Below are positions 24,740 through 37,204 of a DNA stretch of 64,000 nt, piece by piece. Where the stretch lies: assembly GCF_016432865.1 (NCBI RefSeq), contig NC_067398.1, positions 544,856,001 through 544,920,000 on the forward strand. Reading direction: 5' to 3'. The notes under the pieces are model-generated. The model did no database searches and was not told the DNA's origin. It worked only from the letters and a program-made list of their open reading frames with translations. A program made the position numbers and the translations under genes. This stretch comes from Antechinus flavipes (Eukaryota). Within the stretch, counting starts at the first letter, position 1. Every line of letters starts with the position of its first letter.

Positions 24740-25180
24740 CTTCAAGGAACAATATAAAAGCTGATGATTAGTTTTAAAGTCCTTCAGAACCTGTCCACTT
24801 CCTAAGTTTCTATTTTTATATCTTATTCCCCTCTGTATACTTCAGAATCAAATAATATTGATTTCTTTGCTGCTTCTCTCACAAGATTGTCCCAACTCTA
24901 GGAATTTGCATTGACTGTCATCCATATCTGACATTCTCTTACTGATCCTCATTTTTGCCTTCTAGTTTCCCTGGTTTCTTTCAAGTCTCATCTAAAATTC
25001 TAGCTTCCGCAAGAAGACTTTCTCAATCACCTTGAAAGTTATTTCCTTCCCTCTGCTGATTATCATCCATTCATCCAATCTTTAACTTCTTTGTATATAA
25101 CTATTTGCTAATCATGTCACCCCTCAGACTGTGAGCTCCATAAGAGTAAGGTTTATCTTTTGCCTTTCTTTGTATTATGA
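24740..25180 (+). mobile_element. L2 LINE 3' fragment
   Basis: GGAATTTGCATTGACTGTCATCCATATCTG...CTTTCAAGTCTCATCTAAAAT...CCCCTCAGACTGTGAGCTCC...TTTTGCCTTTCTTTGTAT. Confidence 0.75.
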
Positions 25181-26559
25181 GGTTTTAAAAGTTTGATAAA
25201 TATATAATATTTATATATTTAACAATAAGTAGTATTGATGTGTATAATAAATAAATTAAAATATATTAAAAGTTTGATAGATATAACTTCTGAGTAATTA
25301 ATCACTTTTAATTAATTACAGCTAGCAATAATTAATAAAAGGATAGTCATTTGTCTATCTCTCATAAACCAAAGATGAATCTTGGGAGCCTTGGAAAAGT
25401 AGGTGTTGCTGACTGGTGGCAAACAACTCTATCTGGTTAAGAATAAGAGAATGAATGTTATAATGAGGAATGGGCTTTTTCTAATGAGGAACTGAAGGAC
25501 AGGATTCTGATCACTGCATCTTGGACAAAAAGTCTCATCTCCACCCAGACCACCCCTATCTAAAGCAATCTAGCAAAGGGAGGAATCCACTTCCACTCAG
25601 AATTGCCTAACTTAAAATGCAGCAGGCCAGGTCAAAATCTCTTTACCTTTGGATCAGATTTTAACTTTCTCAATTGGGTAAATCTTGCCCAAGATTTAGT
25701 ATCATTATTAACTCTATACTTCAAATGTCAAATAACCTACAGGGACTGATTTCTGAATAAAGAAATAAAAAGAGGGAAAACGTTAGTCCAAATTTGATCA
25801 TTGAGAATCATTTCTCTCATTAGTTCTGTAACAGGCCTAGGTTTGGGTGATGGAAACTTGAGCTAGAAGAAATCTTAGGGGACCAGAAGGTAGTCGTGCT
25901 ATGAGTAGAAGAAGGATACAGAAGGATACAGACTTCAGTAAATCTTTCTTTCTCTTGATTATAACAAAACTCAATACCCCCAACCTCATATCCACACTTC
26001 TAATAGCTAAGACCAAGCCTTGTTTGCTTGTTTATTCTCTCATTTCTTATCTTCTCTGAATCTACTTCAAATTCTAGTATTTAGTGTCTCTGCCCTAAAT
26101 AATTGCCAAGCATTTTTCTACAGGGGAGTCAGCATCTAAAAAGAGATGAATATATGTAAACACATGTTTCTGCAGATACAGTAAGCTCAGGAATAGATGT
26201 ATCAAATGGAATACACTCATAAATGATTCAGAAGAAATATGATATAACCACATTGTTGTTGTTATTTTTAATCAATTCTTTTATTGATGAAAGGACCCCT
26301 ATCTATCAATTCAAAATGACAACTGCTCTGAAATTTATCATTTTAGAACATTGCCTAGAGCACTAAGAGATTAATTTGTCTTGGATGACCCAGTTAATGT
26401 GGGTTATCACAGACTTTGACTCCAAATCTTTTTAACCATGAGAACTTCTTTCCTTCCACTATGTTAGCATCCAATGGACTAATTGCCTACATAAATACCT
26501 TTTGATTTCTCAACGATGATTGTTATGGAATAATAAATGTTCATGGATTATAGGCATCT

Positions 26560-26830
26560 AACGTTTAAATTCAATAAACATTTAAGTGCCTATATATGTA
26601 AAGCCTTTGCTAAGTTCCAAAGGGAAAGAAAAAGAAAGAAAGTGGGGAGGAAGAAAGGAAGGAAGGAAAGAGAAAGGGAAGGGAAGACAAGGGAAGACAA
26701 GGGAAGGCAAGGGAAGGGAAGGGAAGGGAAGGGAAGGGAAGGAAAGGGAAGGGAAGGGAAGGAAAGGGAAGGGAAGGGAAAGGAGAAATAGAGAAAGTTC
26801 TGCTTTCAAGGATCTTACATTCTACTGTGC
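26560..26830 (-). mobile_element. L2 tail interrupted by an expanded (GGGAA)n repeat (~26625-26785)
   Basis: TCAATAAACATTTAAGTGCCTA...[GGGAA]n...GCTTTCAAGGATCTTACATTCTA. Confidence 0.7.
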
Positions 26831-27359
26831 ATGCACAATATATACACAGATAAATAAAATCAACGTTTTTACTAATTAACCCAAAGTAATTTCAAATGAA
26901 AGAGAAAAGTAATAACTCACCCCTGCATCACCTCCATCCCCTAATCAAGGATGACTTCATGTACTCAATGGCACCTGAGCTATAAGGACTCCAAGAATTA
27001 TTTATTCTCTTTCATAGTCATTCATCAGAAGTTCATTAATTGGGCCAGGCATCTGCTTAGTAATTCATACCTATGCTCTGTAATATAATCAATTGTACCT
27101 AGTGTTTCAATGGTCATAGAGAAAAGGCTCATAAATACTTATAATTTGCTTTATAATTTTTCCAAATCATGTACATTTTAAAAATTTTTAATTATATAAA
27201 TATATAATTCTATATACAAAATTGTATTTGATTATATACAAATTACAATATTCTCTAGCAGTCTTTCTACCACTGTAATTCTAGGTCCAGGCCTATTATG
27301 CTTGGTCCTTACTGCGCTATTTACAAGCTGATTCTCTATCCAGCAGAATAGAAGCTTCT

Positions 27360-27640
27360 TATATATTCATTCATTCAACATGCATTTATTACACACTATT
27401 ATCCTCCAGACACTGTGCTAGGAAAAAAAGACAAAAATACCAAAACAAAACAATTTCTGTCCTTACGGAACTTATACTCCACTGGGGAGAGATAGCTATA
27501 TACTATATACCAATGATACACAAAGTAAATACAAGGATATACATATATATATATATATATGTGTGTGTATACATGCATATTTATATTATCTATGTATATG
27601 TGTGTACTTACATATATAGATATTATACACAAATGTCATG
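27360..27640 (-). mobile_element. L2 tail followed by TA/TG simple repeats
   Basis: ATTCATTCATTCAACATGCATTTATT...CAGACACTGTGCTAGG...GTCCTTACGGAACTTATACTC. Confidence 0.7.
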
Positions 27641-27849
27641 TGTGTACAGATGAAGGTGGAGATGAGGACGTAGATACAAACCCTCAACCTGCTAATGAGA
27701 AATTAAAAACATCACGTATGAAGTTTAGGGGGGTAAAATCCCTAAAGTAAAATCTCATACACCATAAAGGTAAATATGAGGTTACAAAATTCATTTTCAA
27801 AGTTTCTTTCTAGTTTATTTTATTTTATTTTAAAATCCAATTGGTAGTA

Positions 27850-28373
27850 CCAAATTTAATGACAAGACTACCCTGCTGAGTTTGGAAGCCAGAAAGCAAT
27901 TGTCTCCCTGGTCGATGCATCCTAGACTGCACTAATGTTGCCTATAATGCGACTAATAACCAACCATCAGCAATAAATGCCTTGTCATCTCATTGTCGCA
28001 CCCAGCAATAGCTGGAGCAGTGATACTGACAAATGAACCTGCGTAATCACTTTGGATTTCTTTGTTAGATTTCACAGTGTGAAGACGGCTTCTGCTCAGC
28101 ACGTCACAAAAAAACAAACAAGAGCTATTGCTGTCTCTTCCATCAATCTCCCCTTATTGTTTGTCATTTAAACTCCTGTGCTGTCCCTGCTCCCACCCAT
28201 CTTCTCCAGGAAAAAAAGTACAAAGTTGGATTTCTTTAAGTTTTTTCATCTTTGATTTCCCTCTCCCACTGTTCCTTTGCAAACAGTTATTGCTTCCAAA
28301 GAAAGGAAATGCAAGAGAGCAGGGGACAAGAAGAAAGTGAACTTTCTCTACTTTACAGGGCTGCTTTTTCTTG
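27850..28373. promoter_or_regulatory. Unique CpG-retaining block; candidate conserved regulatory element
   Basis: Six CpGs between 27913 and 28103 in otherwise CpG-poor DNA; TGCGTAAT and GCACGTCA bZIP-like motifs; no TE similarity recognised. Confidence 0.4.
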
Positions 28374-29035
28374 NNNNNNNNNNNNNNNNNNNNNNNNNNN
28401 NNNNNNNNNNNNNNNNNNNNNNNNNNNNNNNNNNNNNNNNNNNNNNNNNNNNNNNNNNNNNNNNNNNNNNNNNNNNNNNNNNNNNNNNNNNNNNNNNNNN
28501 NNNNNNNNNNNNNNNNNNNNNNNNNNNNNNNNNNNNNCTGTCACATACTCTCCCCAAACAAGTCTCATTAATGTTCAAACTGTCTCTCTTTTCTCTCTGC
28601 TTCTTTTCTCCTGATTCCCCTCTAATTAGCTTGTTTTTTTATGCTCCCTCGTTCCANNNNNNNNNNNNNNNNNNNNNNNNNNNNNNNNNNNNNNNNNNNN
28701 NNNNNNNNNNNNNNNNNNNNNNNNNNNNNNNNNNNNNNNNNNNNNNNNNNNNNNNNNNNNNNNNNNNNNNNNNNNNNNNNNNNNNNNNNCCGGCACCCAG
28801 TGTCGGTTGCTTTCTACCACACTTCTTCATTTTGCTCTGACAAATGTAAACTTTTGCTCTTATAAGCTAACTTCTCACTTCAGTGTATTTGTAGGTGCTN
28901 NNNNNNNNNNNNNNNNNNNNNNNNNNNNNNNNNNNNNNNNNNNNNNNNNNNNNNNNNNNNNNNNNNNNNNNNNNNNNNNNNNNNNNNNNNNNNNNNNNNN
29001 NNNNNNNNNNNNNNNNNNNNNNNNNNNNNNNNNNN
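28374..29035. other. Three assembly gaps (28374-28537, 28657-28789, 28900-29035) separated by 119-bp and 110-bp mini-contigs
   Basis: N runs counted directly. Confidence 0.97.
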
Positions 29036-30017
29036 GGAGGAAACTATTGGTGTCATTGGTTGCTGGTCTACATGCTAATACAATTCAACTGTTCAGTGAG
29101 GATGGATGGAAAGATGCTGGAGCAGAGTTATAACCACCTATTTCTCATAGAACTCTCTACAGTATTTAATACTTTACATAAAATATATGATGATGTAATT
29201 CAGTGATGATGCTGTTAAAATGAAAAGTATGAGGAAAGTGTTAAAAATAGCATTTAAAGGTAGCAAAATCCATCTAAACCAGGAGGTCAAATGTTCATAA
29301 GTATAGATGTGAAAATTACTTCAGAGGACATCATGTCTAAGAATAAATACAAATAAGAATATTGGGAACAAGAGCAATTACATGATTTGCTCAAGAACAT
29401 ACTAGGAGTAAGAGAATCCAGATTCTAACAAGGGTCTTCTGACCCCAATCATATTTTGTTTTTACTAAGTCTCTGCAACATAGTTGCACCCAGAATGTCT
29501 CTTAGAAAAGAGAAAGAAGTTTTATTGAAAAAACATAATCTGCAACTGCACATCTACCTTTTCTATATTCATAACAAATCAAAATGATCTAAAAGTAAGA
29601 AATTTAGAGAATTACCTAAATCTCAGAGAACTTCAGTGAATTGACCACCAACCATTATCACATAATTAATGAACCTCAAGGGGGATAATTTCATTTAATT
29701 TACTATTAACTCTCTGTTCTAAAGAAAAATCTAAGAAATAAAAACATTTAGGACTGATAGAAATAGGAGAGCAACATTCATTTGCATTATAAAGCCTTTT
29801 TTTTCTGGAACTCATCCCCATTTGTCTCAGAAGTAAACATGAATATGGTAACAAGTAACATATTTTCTATGTATTTAATACATTTTCTTTTAAAAGTATC
29901 ATCCTAAAAATGACCAGAAGATTGGTTTTTAATCTATTATATCTTAACAAAAAAAAAAACCTTCTTTTATGGGTTCTCCAGTTAGTTCTTAATAACCTCT
30001 TTTTTCTGCCTCTACAG

Positions 30018-30077
30018 AATAACAAGAAATAATAAGGAAAATACATCCCTGCATTCGCTCAAATAGCCTCTGAAAGG
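30018..30077 (+). other. Candidate 60-nt non-coding (UTR, lncRNA or poison) exon
   Basis: Acceptor CTCTTTTTTCTGCCTCTACAG| and donor AGG|GTAAGA; stop codons in all three frames. Confidence 0.35.
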
Positions 30078-30434
30078 GTAAGAAAAGAAAAATACATGAC
30101 TTCACCTTTGCATGAACTGTAGGCTGATTCCCATAGAAAATGTTCAGGCTTTGGGTATAATTTGGGAAAGCTATCTTTAGCCAAGCAGATTAGTATCAGA
30201 ATTATTTCCTCTTTTTAAGTGACAATCCTGCCCAAATCTGGTTTGCAGTGGTTGATAGGGCCTAAGGGGAAAGTCTTCACTCTGCTTTTCATCCCTCCCC
30301 CTCCTCTCATCCTTGAATTGCTATAGAAAATATAGCTAAAAGGCTCTTGGCCAAGTTAATAATCCCAAATTTGACTCATTCTTTTCTTACATCTGCTAGT
30401 AGGGACAATGCCATTCTTGTTCATTTCTGCTTTA

Positions 30435-30439
30435 ACACA

Positions 30440-30477
<38 letters not shown>

Positions 30478-30601
30478 CCAATTCTTTTTCATAATATTTT
30501 TGTCAATACCAAAAGACATGAGGAAGGAAGGAAAGAAGGAAGGAAGGAAGGAAGGAAGGAAGGAAGGAAGGAAGGAAGGAAGGAAGGAACGAAGGAAGGA
30601 A
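30435..30601. repeat. (CA)n at 30435-30474 and (GGAA)n at 30521-30601
   Basis: Read directly from the sequence. Confidence 0.92.
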
Positions 30602-31879
30602 AACATTTAAAAAACAAACATTTCAGTTTTTAGTATCAAAGAGGCTTTCTGTGTAGTTAAAAGCAATTAAAGGAAGCATTTAAATGATGAACAAAGTGAA
30701 CATCAACAAGGCAAAACTCAAAATTGTATGAGTTAGTTCATGTCAAGTGTGTACATGACATGAAGCCAATGCCAGGTGTGATGTCAGGTAGCAAGCTTCC
30801 TAATAACAATAGTGAAAAACAGCAGACATTGTCAACAAGTAACAAGTCCACCCCCAATATCTCCTTTGAAGATGCAGAGCACATCAGGGAGCTATTTCTG
30901 CAAAAGAAATTCCAAATTTCAAGGAAATGCAATCCTTGTCCTTTGTGACAACCACTAGAAGAAATAGTAGGAAATGATCATTAAAGCTCATGTCATCAAC
31001 ATTTTCTCATCTATGAAATGGGTATAATAACAAAGTACTCTTAAAACTTGCTGCAAAAAATGAAATGAATAACCAACATTTCTGCAAAGAACATTACATA
31101 TATTCAATACTCAGATCTACTATCAAAAACAAATTTTTATTAATTTTCATGTGGAAAATGTAAACTGTGAGATGTGAGATCTCATTTTTGGAAAAAAAAG
31201 AAAATGAAACCTTGTTCAATTACCATCCTTGAGGCATTGAGCATGTTGTTGGCAATCCCTACTCTATTGAATTATAAGGCACAGAAATCTGGGGAGAAAA
31301 TAACTGAATTGTTCAACTAACCTTCGAATTCCTTCATTGTGAATTGTATCCTAATCCCCAGAGCATTTCATAAGTAGGACCAGACTGCTCATTTCTTTCC
31401 ACATTGATAAACATAAATTGTTCTTAACTGTATTTTTTACAAATAGTCTCTTTTCCCCATTTTTTGTGAATCTGTTCAAGAAAAACTCTCCCTGAGGAAG
31501 AAACTTGAATAATTAATCAATAATTTGAAAAAAAAAACACCAGAATGGGTAAAATAGACATCTGAATCAGAAATAAAATGCATAAAATGTTCACTGCCTA
31601 TGTTTGCTCTGCCAGTTCTAGCAATGAACTGGAAGTCAGGGGAATCACAGAAAAGGGAATTTGGTCAAATATAAAATAGTTGGCACAGATTTTGAATAGA
31701 AAACCTAAATTCATCAATGAGGCCCATCCTCATTTCAGAAAAGTATTATGTCCTTGAGAGAATACAGGAAACAAATGCCAGTCTAGGATAATAGGTGGAA
31801 AAGCTAAGCCAGAATGAAATGGAAGAACCAATAATAGTGTCTAGTTGAAAATTTTGCTTCAAGAAAATCAATCAGTTGC

Positions 31880-32346
31880 TGAATGAAGTGAGCAGAATCA
31901 GGAGAACATTGTACATAGCAACAGCGAGATTATATGATAATCAACTAAGATATACTTTGCTCTTCTCAGCAATACAATGATCCAAGACAATTCCATTAGA
32001 CTTGGAATGGAAAATGCCATTCCCATACAGAGAGAGAACTAAGGAGATTAAATGAGGATCAAAACCTACTATTTTCATCTTTTTTATTTGCTTTTTCCTT
32101 CTCATGGTTTTTCCCTTTTGTTCTGATGTGTCTTTCACAATATGACTAAAATGTCTAAAATCACTCTATTTGTATAACCTACATCAGATTGCTTTTTGTC
32201 TTGGAGAGGAAGGGGGAAAGGGAGGGAGGGAAGGAAGGAGGGAAGAAGGAAGGGAAAAAACGGAACTGAAAATCTTATAAATAATGGATGTTGAAAACTA
32301 TCTTTACTTGTAATTAGAAAAACAAAATACTATTCAGTTAAAAAAT
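31880..32346 (+). mobile_element. Marsupial LINE-1 3' end
   Basis: GAAGTGAGCAGAATCAGGAGAACATTGTACATAGCAACAGC...GCTCTTCTCAGCAATACAATGATCCAAGACAATTCC...TGTATAACCTACATCAGATTG..., ending in an A-rich tail. Confidence 0.85.
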
Positions 32347-33679
32347 CAATCAGTACAGAAAAGAATAGGTGATAGACAAGAAAGAATTTTCAGAACCTGT
32401 AATTAGAAACATTGTCTAGAGAGTTGCAGTTGTCAAATGTCAATACTAAAGTGCCTAAAACTCAGTGAAGAAAATCTTTGGAAATAAGAAGGGGAAGGAT
32501 TTTTTTGATAGTTGCTCAGAAACTAAGGATAACATTTCAAATGGGCCTAAAGATCTTGCATCTGAGAATAATGGAAACTGTTACACCCATAGGCCAGGAA
32601 AGAAATTATTATAAAGACTGAGTTACAAGGTAATGAATGTCAAGAAGGGGATATCAGGAAATCTTGCTTAGCAATCCTGAATTTCCTCTTCTATAAAATG
32701 ATCTTGAAAAGAAAATGGCAGACCACTCCAGGATCTCTGCCAAGAAAACCCCAAACAGGGTCATTAAGAGTCAGACACAACTGAATAACAACAAAAATTA
32801 TAATCTAACTAACTTATGTTTGAAAATGGAGAAGAGAAAAATACTAATTCTCTCCTTTGCTACTCCAGCCAGAAGAATAAAGTGAGCCCTAATGAGTTAG
32901 GCAACTAGAAAGCATAGGAAGCTTTCTGTTGTTAATAATCCAGGTTCTCTTTGATTCACACTAAATTATATCCTTGAAAAAGAAAGACAGCTCCACTGAC
33001 CCTCAGATCTAGAACAGAATTTAGAATACAAAAGGGAGGTAGAAGCCTTCAATATTTAAAAAGGGAGAGTAGCAGGTAGGCCATTTAATCTAACCAAAAT
33101 AGAAGTTCTGAGGAGGAATTATTGACACAATTTTTCTGATGGCTCTCTATGCCTTCTCTTTTTCTAGTAGGCAGGTAAGAATTTTGTGGGGACTAAATGA
33201 AACTCACTCCTTTCTGGATTATCTGTGGGTGTGCCTGCCTCTGTCTCTCCCTCTCTTATCTTCCTAGAAATTTTAGTGTCCACATGTCAAAATAGGACTA
33301 GAGAGAAGTAATCTAATTCCTTTCAATTTATGGGAAAATTAGTGGTGTGCAATATCTTTAATGTTACTATTAGACTGTAGTCCATCTATAGAAGTCACTT
33401 GAATATATCTGTGTATTTGGTCCTTGGAAGGAAAACTAGCAAATCTGTCCAGCATACTAAAAAACAGAGACATCTCCCTGCGAACAAAAGTCCATTTAGT
33501 CAAAGCTATCTATATTTTTTGTTGTAGCAATCATGGCTATCAGAGTTGAACCATAAGGAAAGTTGAGCTCCACAGAATCAACACTTTAAAATTGTAGAAC
33601 TGGACACGATTTTTGTAAATTCTGTGGAAAATAAGGTGGTCAGATGAGTCAACACTTAAAGAAACTACTTCAAGCTATT

Positions 33680-33795
33680 TGCTGTAAGGTCAGGAGCTGA
33701 ACCTTAACTATTTTAACCACATAATGGGACTCATTGGAAAGAACCCAGATGTTGGAAAAGATTGATGATGAAGAATGAGGTGGAAGATGAGAGTG
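33680..33795 (+). mobile_element. RTE/BovB-like ORF C-terminal fragment
   Basis: Translates, with a frameshift, as ELNLNYFNHIM/DSLERTQMLEKID, resembling BovB KLKLQYFGHLM...DSLEKTLMLGKIE. Confidence 0.65.
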
Positions 33796-33919
33796 ATTTC
33801 TTGCTCCAAGTTTTCCAACCAAGATTAGATGACTACTTATCAGATATGTTTTAGAGGGAATTTTTGTTACAGTTGGGTTGGACTACATGGATAATTAGGC
33901 TCTTCCAAATATGAAATTC

Positions 33920-34120
33920 CATAATTCAGGCAAGTATATGGTATAGAGGAAAGAGCACTGGTTCTAGGATCAAAGGACCTGGATTCAAATCCTATCTCTG
34001 ACTCTTACAATACACATGACCTGGGATGGGTCACTTACTATTATTAAAATCCAATTCCCTCCTTTGTATAATTAAAAGATTGAACAAGATAGCCTCCAAG
34101 TTCCCTTCTAGCTCTACTTC
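33920..34120 (+). mobile_element. MIR3-type SINE
   Basis: GTATAGAGGAAAGAGCACTGG...GGACCTGGATTCAAATCC...AAGTTCCCTTCTAGCTCT. Confidence 0.7.
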
Positions 34121-35059
34121 TGAGAATCTTTGATTGTGCTCTGGTAACGAGTTCAAGAATAAATGAATAAAAATCACATTTATTAGGTAGTTACTATGTG
34201 CCAATCACTGTGCTTAGTGCTGGGTTTACAAATAAAAAAGGAAATACAGTCTCTGTCCTGAGGAAAGTATATTTCAATAGGGAAAGACATCACTATGGGA
34301 AATCTAGGCTAAGGAGGCTTATTTTGGTTTGAAAAGTAATGATAATAATGAAGGGAGTTAGAGAATTATTTGACTCACCCTTTCCAAGGATGATGACAAA
34401 GTTCATTTGTTTAAGGAATGCATAAAGGGAAAAAAGCAACGGAAAAATGAAAATGAATGTGGGAGGAAAGGAGGGGATACACACACAAGTTACAAAAAAT
34501 ATAGATGGCAAAACTGGGGGACAAAAAGTAAAAAGACAGAAAATAGAAATGAAATTGCCATAACTTCTGACTAAAGAGAATTTCACAGTAACAAAAAGAA
34601 CAAAGGTATTGAGCAATGGTTGGGGGCAGGGAGAAAAATTCTTTTAAGTTATTAATTTATGTTCCTAAGCAATATTTAACCTCTTAGTCTAGCATCAATC
34701 AAATACCATTCACAGGTGCAATATTTGGCAGGGAATAAAATATGAAAATTAAATATTTCTTGCAGTTTTAATATTAACAATGCCTCATATCTATCTCTGA
34801 CTCAGAATTGTAAAATTCCATGCAGAAGACTTGTGTGCTTTGCACTTCTAATCTCCCTAGGGTGCTACAGGAACACGTTGTCTCATAGATGATTCCCCTT
34901 ATATTTTTACATTCTCTTGGAGGAAACTACCTGACTTTCTGACTTGAGTGAATGTCATAGCATGACCCACTTAAGGTGCTATTGTTCATTCAAATCCTTA
35001 TTTAGGTACCAGTTATCATCCTGGAAGCCATGACCAGACTCTAGAGCAAAATATGCAAG

Positions 35060-35450
35060 CAAGAACATTGGGTCAGAAGTCAAAGAGCCTGGGTTCCAGT
35101 TCACAACTCTGATATTATCTGTGTGACCTCTTGATCCCAGCTTCTTGGGGCAGATAGGAGGTACACTGGATGGAGCTTTGGTCTGAGATCAGAAAGACCT
35201 GAGTCTGGCCTCAGATACTTCCTAGCTGTATGATCTTGCACATGTCACTTAATTTCTGTTGGCCTAAATTTCCTCATCTTAAAATGAAGATAATAATAAC
35301 ATCTACATCCCTAAATTGTTGTGAGGATCAAATAAGATAATTGCAAAGTGTTCAGCACAGTACCAGGCACATTATAAATGCCATATACGTGTTAGCTATT
35401 ATTATTATTATTATTCCTCCTTTGTCAAATAAAGGAGTTAGACTAAGGCT
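35060..35450 (+). mobile_element. Older MIR interrupted by a full-length younger MIR-type SINE (35147-35414)
   Basis: The outer core CCCAGCTTCTT|...|CCTCCTTTGTCAAAT is split by a GGGGCAGATAGGAGG...GTTAGCTATTATTATT element. Confidence 0.65.
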
Positions 35451-35710
35451 TCTTAATGTTTTCCATGTGTGTCATTGACCCTTTTAGCAGTCTGTTGAAA
35501 CATATGGATCACTTCTTCAAATTAAATGTTTTAATGTATAAAATAAAATACACAGAATTTAAAAGAAAATCAAATCTATACAAAATTATATGTGTATGGA
35601 CCTATATACATACATACACACACAAACACACATATATACTATATATGTATATGTATAGTTATATATTTGGACCCATAAGGAAACAATCAACCCCAGGTTA
35701 AGAATGCTTG
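35446..35710 (-). mobile_element. hAT-Charlie4-like MITE with internal TA/CA expansion
   Basis: GACCCTTTTAGCAGTCTGTTGAAACATATGGATCACTTCTTCA...ATAAAATAAAATACACAG; terminal motifs AGGCTTCTTAA and CCCCAGGTTAAGAATGC. Confidence 0.65.
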
Positions 35711-36497
35711 GATTAGAATGAAGGACCTCTAAGGTCCCAGACAGCTCTAAATCTACTGTTTTAATGAAAGAATTTCTTTTTCACCAAAAGCAAGAATTAT
35801 CTGATGCCAGGAATAATAATGCAGGGAAACTCTATTGTCAGTCAACAAGCATTATTAAGCACTGACTATTTGCCATGTACTAAGGATACAAATACAGATT
35901 AAAAACACTGCTTCTGATTCAAGGAATTCAAATTCTAACTGGAGAGACAACATGTAAATATTAGGTACAGAAAAGATACACAAAGTAGATGGAAGGTAAC
36001 CAAAATTTCTCTAGCAAAATACAAAAGAAAATCATAAGATTAAAAGCATTGTGCCTCATTTTTGTATAGGTCCTTAATTCTGCTAAAAATGTCCCTATAG
36101 ATAGTGATATTGCAAATACCACAATATATCAGCAGAACCACATAACTGTAACTATAAATAATTGCCACTTTGTTCAATCCACAAGTGCCAAAAGGGTGGA
36201 CAACAATTCTACCTCCCAGGCTTAGTCCAATTCTAAAGGATATAGCTGCATCAACAATAAGAGGAAGAGGAAGAAAATCCAAGAACTTTAAACAAATACA
36301 TACACATAACAATTTACAGGGATGAAGGATCAACAGGTTTCAATTGAGAAGGATAGAATCAAACACCATTGTCCTAATTTCTATTTCAATTCAATAACCA
36401 TTTATAAAGCTCCTACTACATGCAAGGTCCCATGCTAGGCGCTGAGGACACAAATAGAAAATAGGCTCTGTCTTCAATGTACTTACATTTTTGTAAA

Positions 36498-36735
36498 GTA
36501 GAGTCAAACTCAAAAAGATGCAGGAGGGCCCACTAATCCTCCTGTAAGGATTCCTACTAGTTGCATATTGATTTTGTTTTAAAATGTAATGTTAGCTATG
36601 TTTTATTGTATTTTTGTTACATATTTTATTTATTTACTTAATTTATAAAATATTTTATTTTATTTGAAATTTTCCAAGTACATTTTAATCTGCTTCTGGT
36701 ATACAAAGGAGTGGGACCCATGTTTGACCCCTCTG
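36498..36735 (+). mobile_element. hAT-type MITE (imperfect terminal inverted repeats)
   Basis: Begins with GTCAAACTC and ends with GTTTGACCCCTCTG; internal GGGCCCACTAA...GCATATTGA. Confidence 0.55.
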
Positions 36736-37204
36736 TTTTTTGTAAGAAACATAACTTGTGCAGAAATTAAAAACAAAAACAAAAAAAAAACCAATTTTAG
36801 GGGAGAGTTGACATTAAAAACAGAGAAGAAAAAGGGATCTCTCAATGGATGGCCCCAATTTTCTCAGTAGAAAAGAAAATCTTTTGTAGAGAGACAAAGG
36901 AGGAAGATCAGTGTAGGTGTTTTGAGAAGGTATAAGAAGGTATAAGATAACTGCTTTGAGAACTTCAATAGGCAATTGATGATTTTTAACTTTGAAGGGT
37001 TGAAGCTACAGAGAAGAAGAGAAAGAGGTCCAGACAAAAGTTCCCATTGGGTTTGAGACTCCAATCATATTGAATATTCAAACACATATATAATCTTCTT
37101 GACTCTCTTTGGTGGCTTTGTAGCAAGATCCACTCTCCAGATATAATCTACTCAAGTCAGTGATTTCATTAGAATTTTCTCCAGAGGTATAAGTATATAG
37201 CTCC

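Noticed and set aside
26537-26879. GKGRE-repeat ORFs
   Set aside because: Translation of the (GGGAA)n microsatellite.
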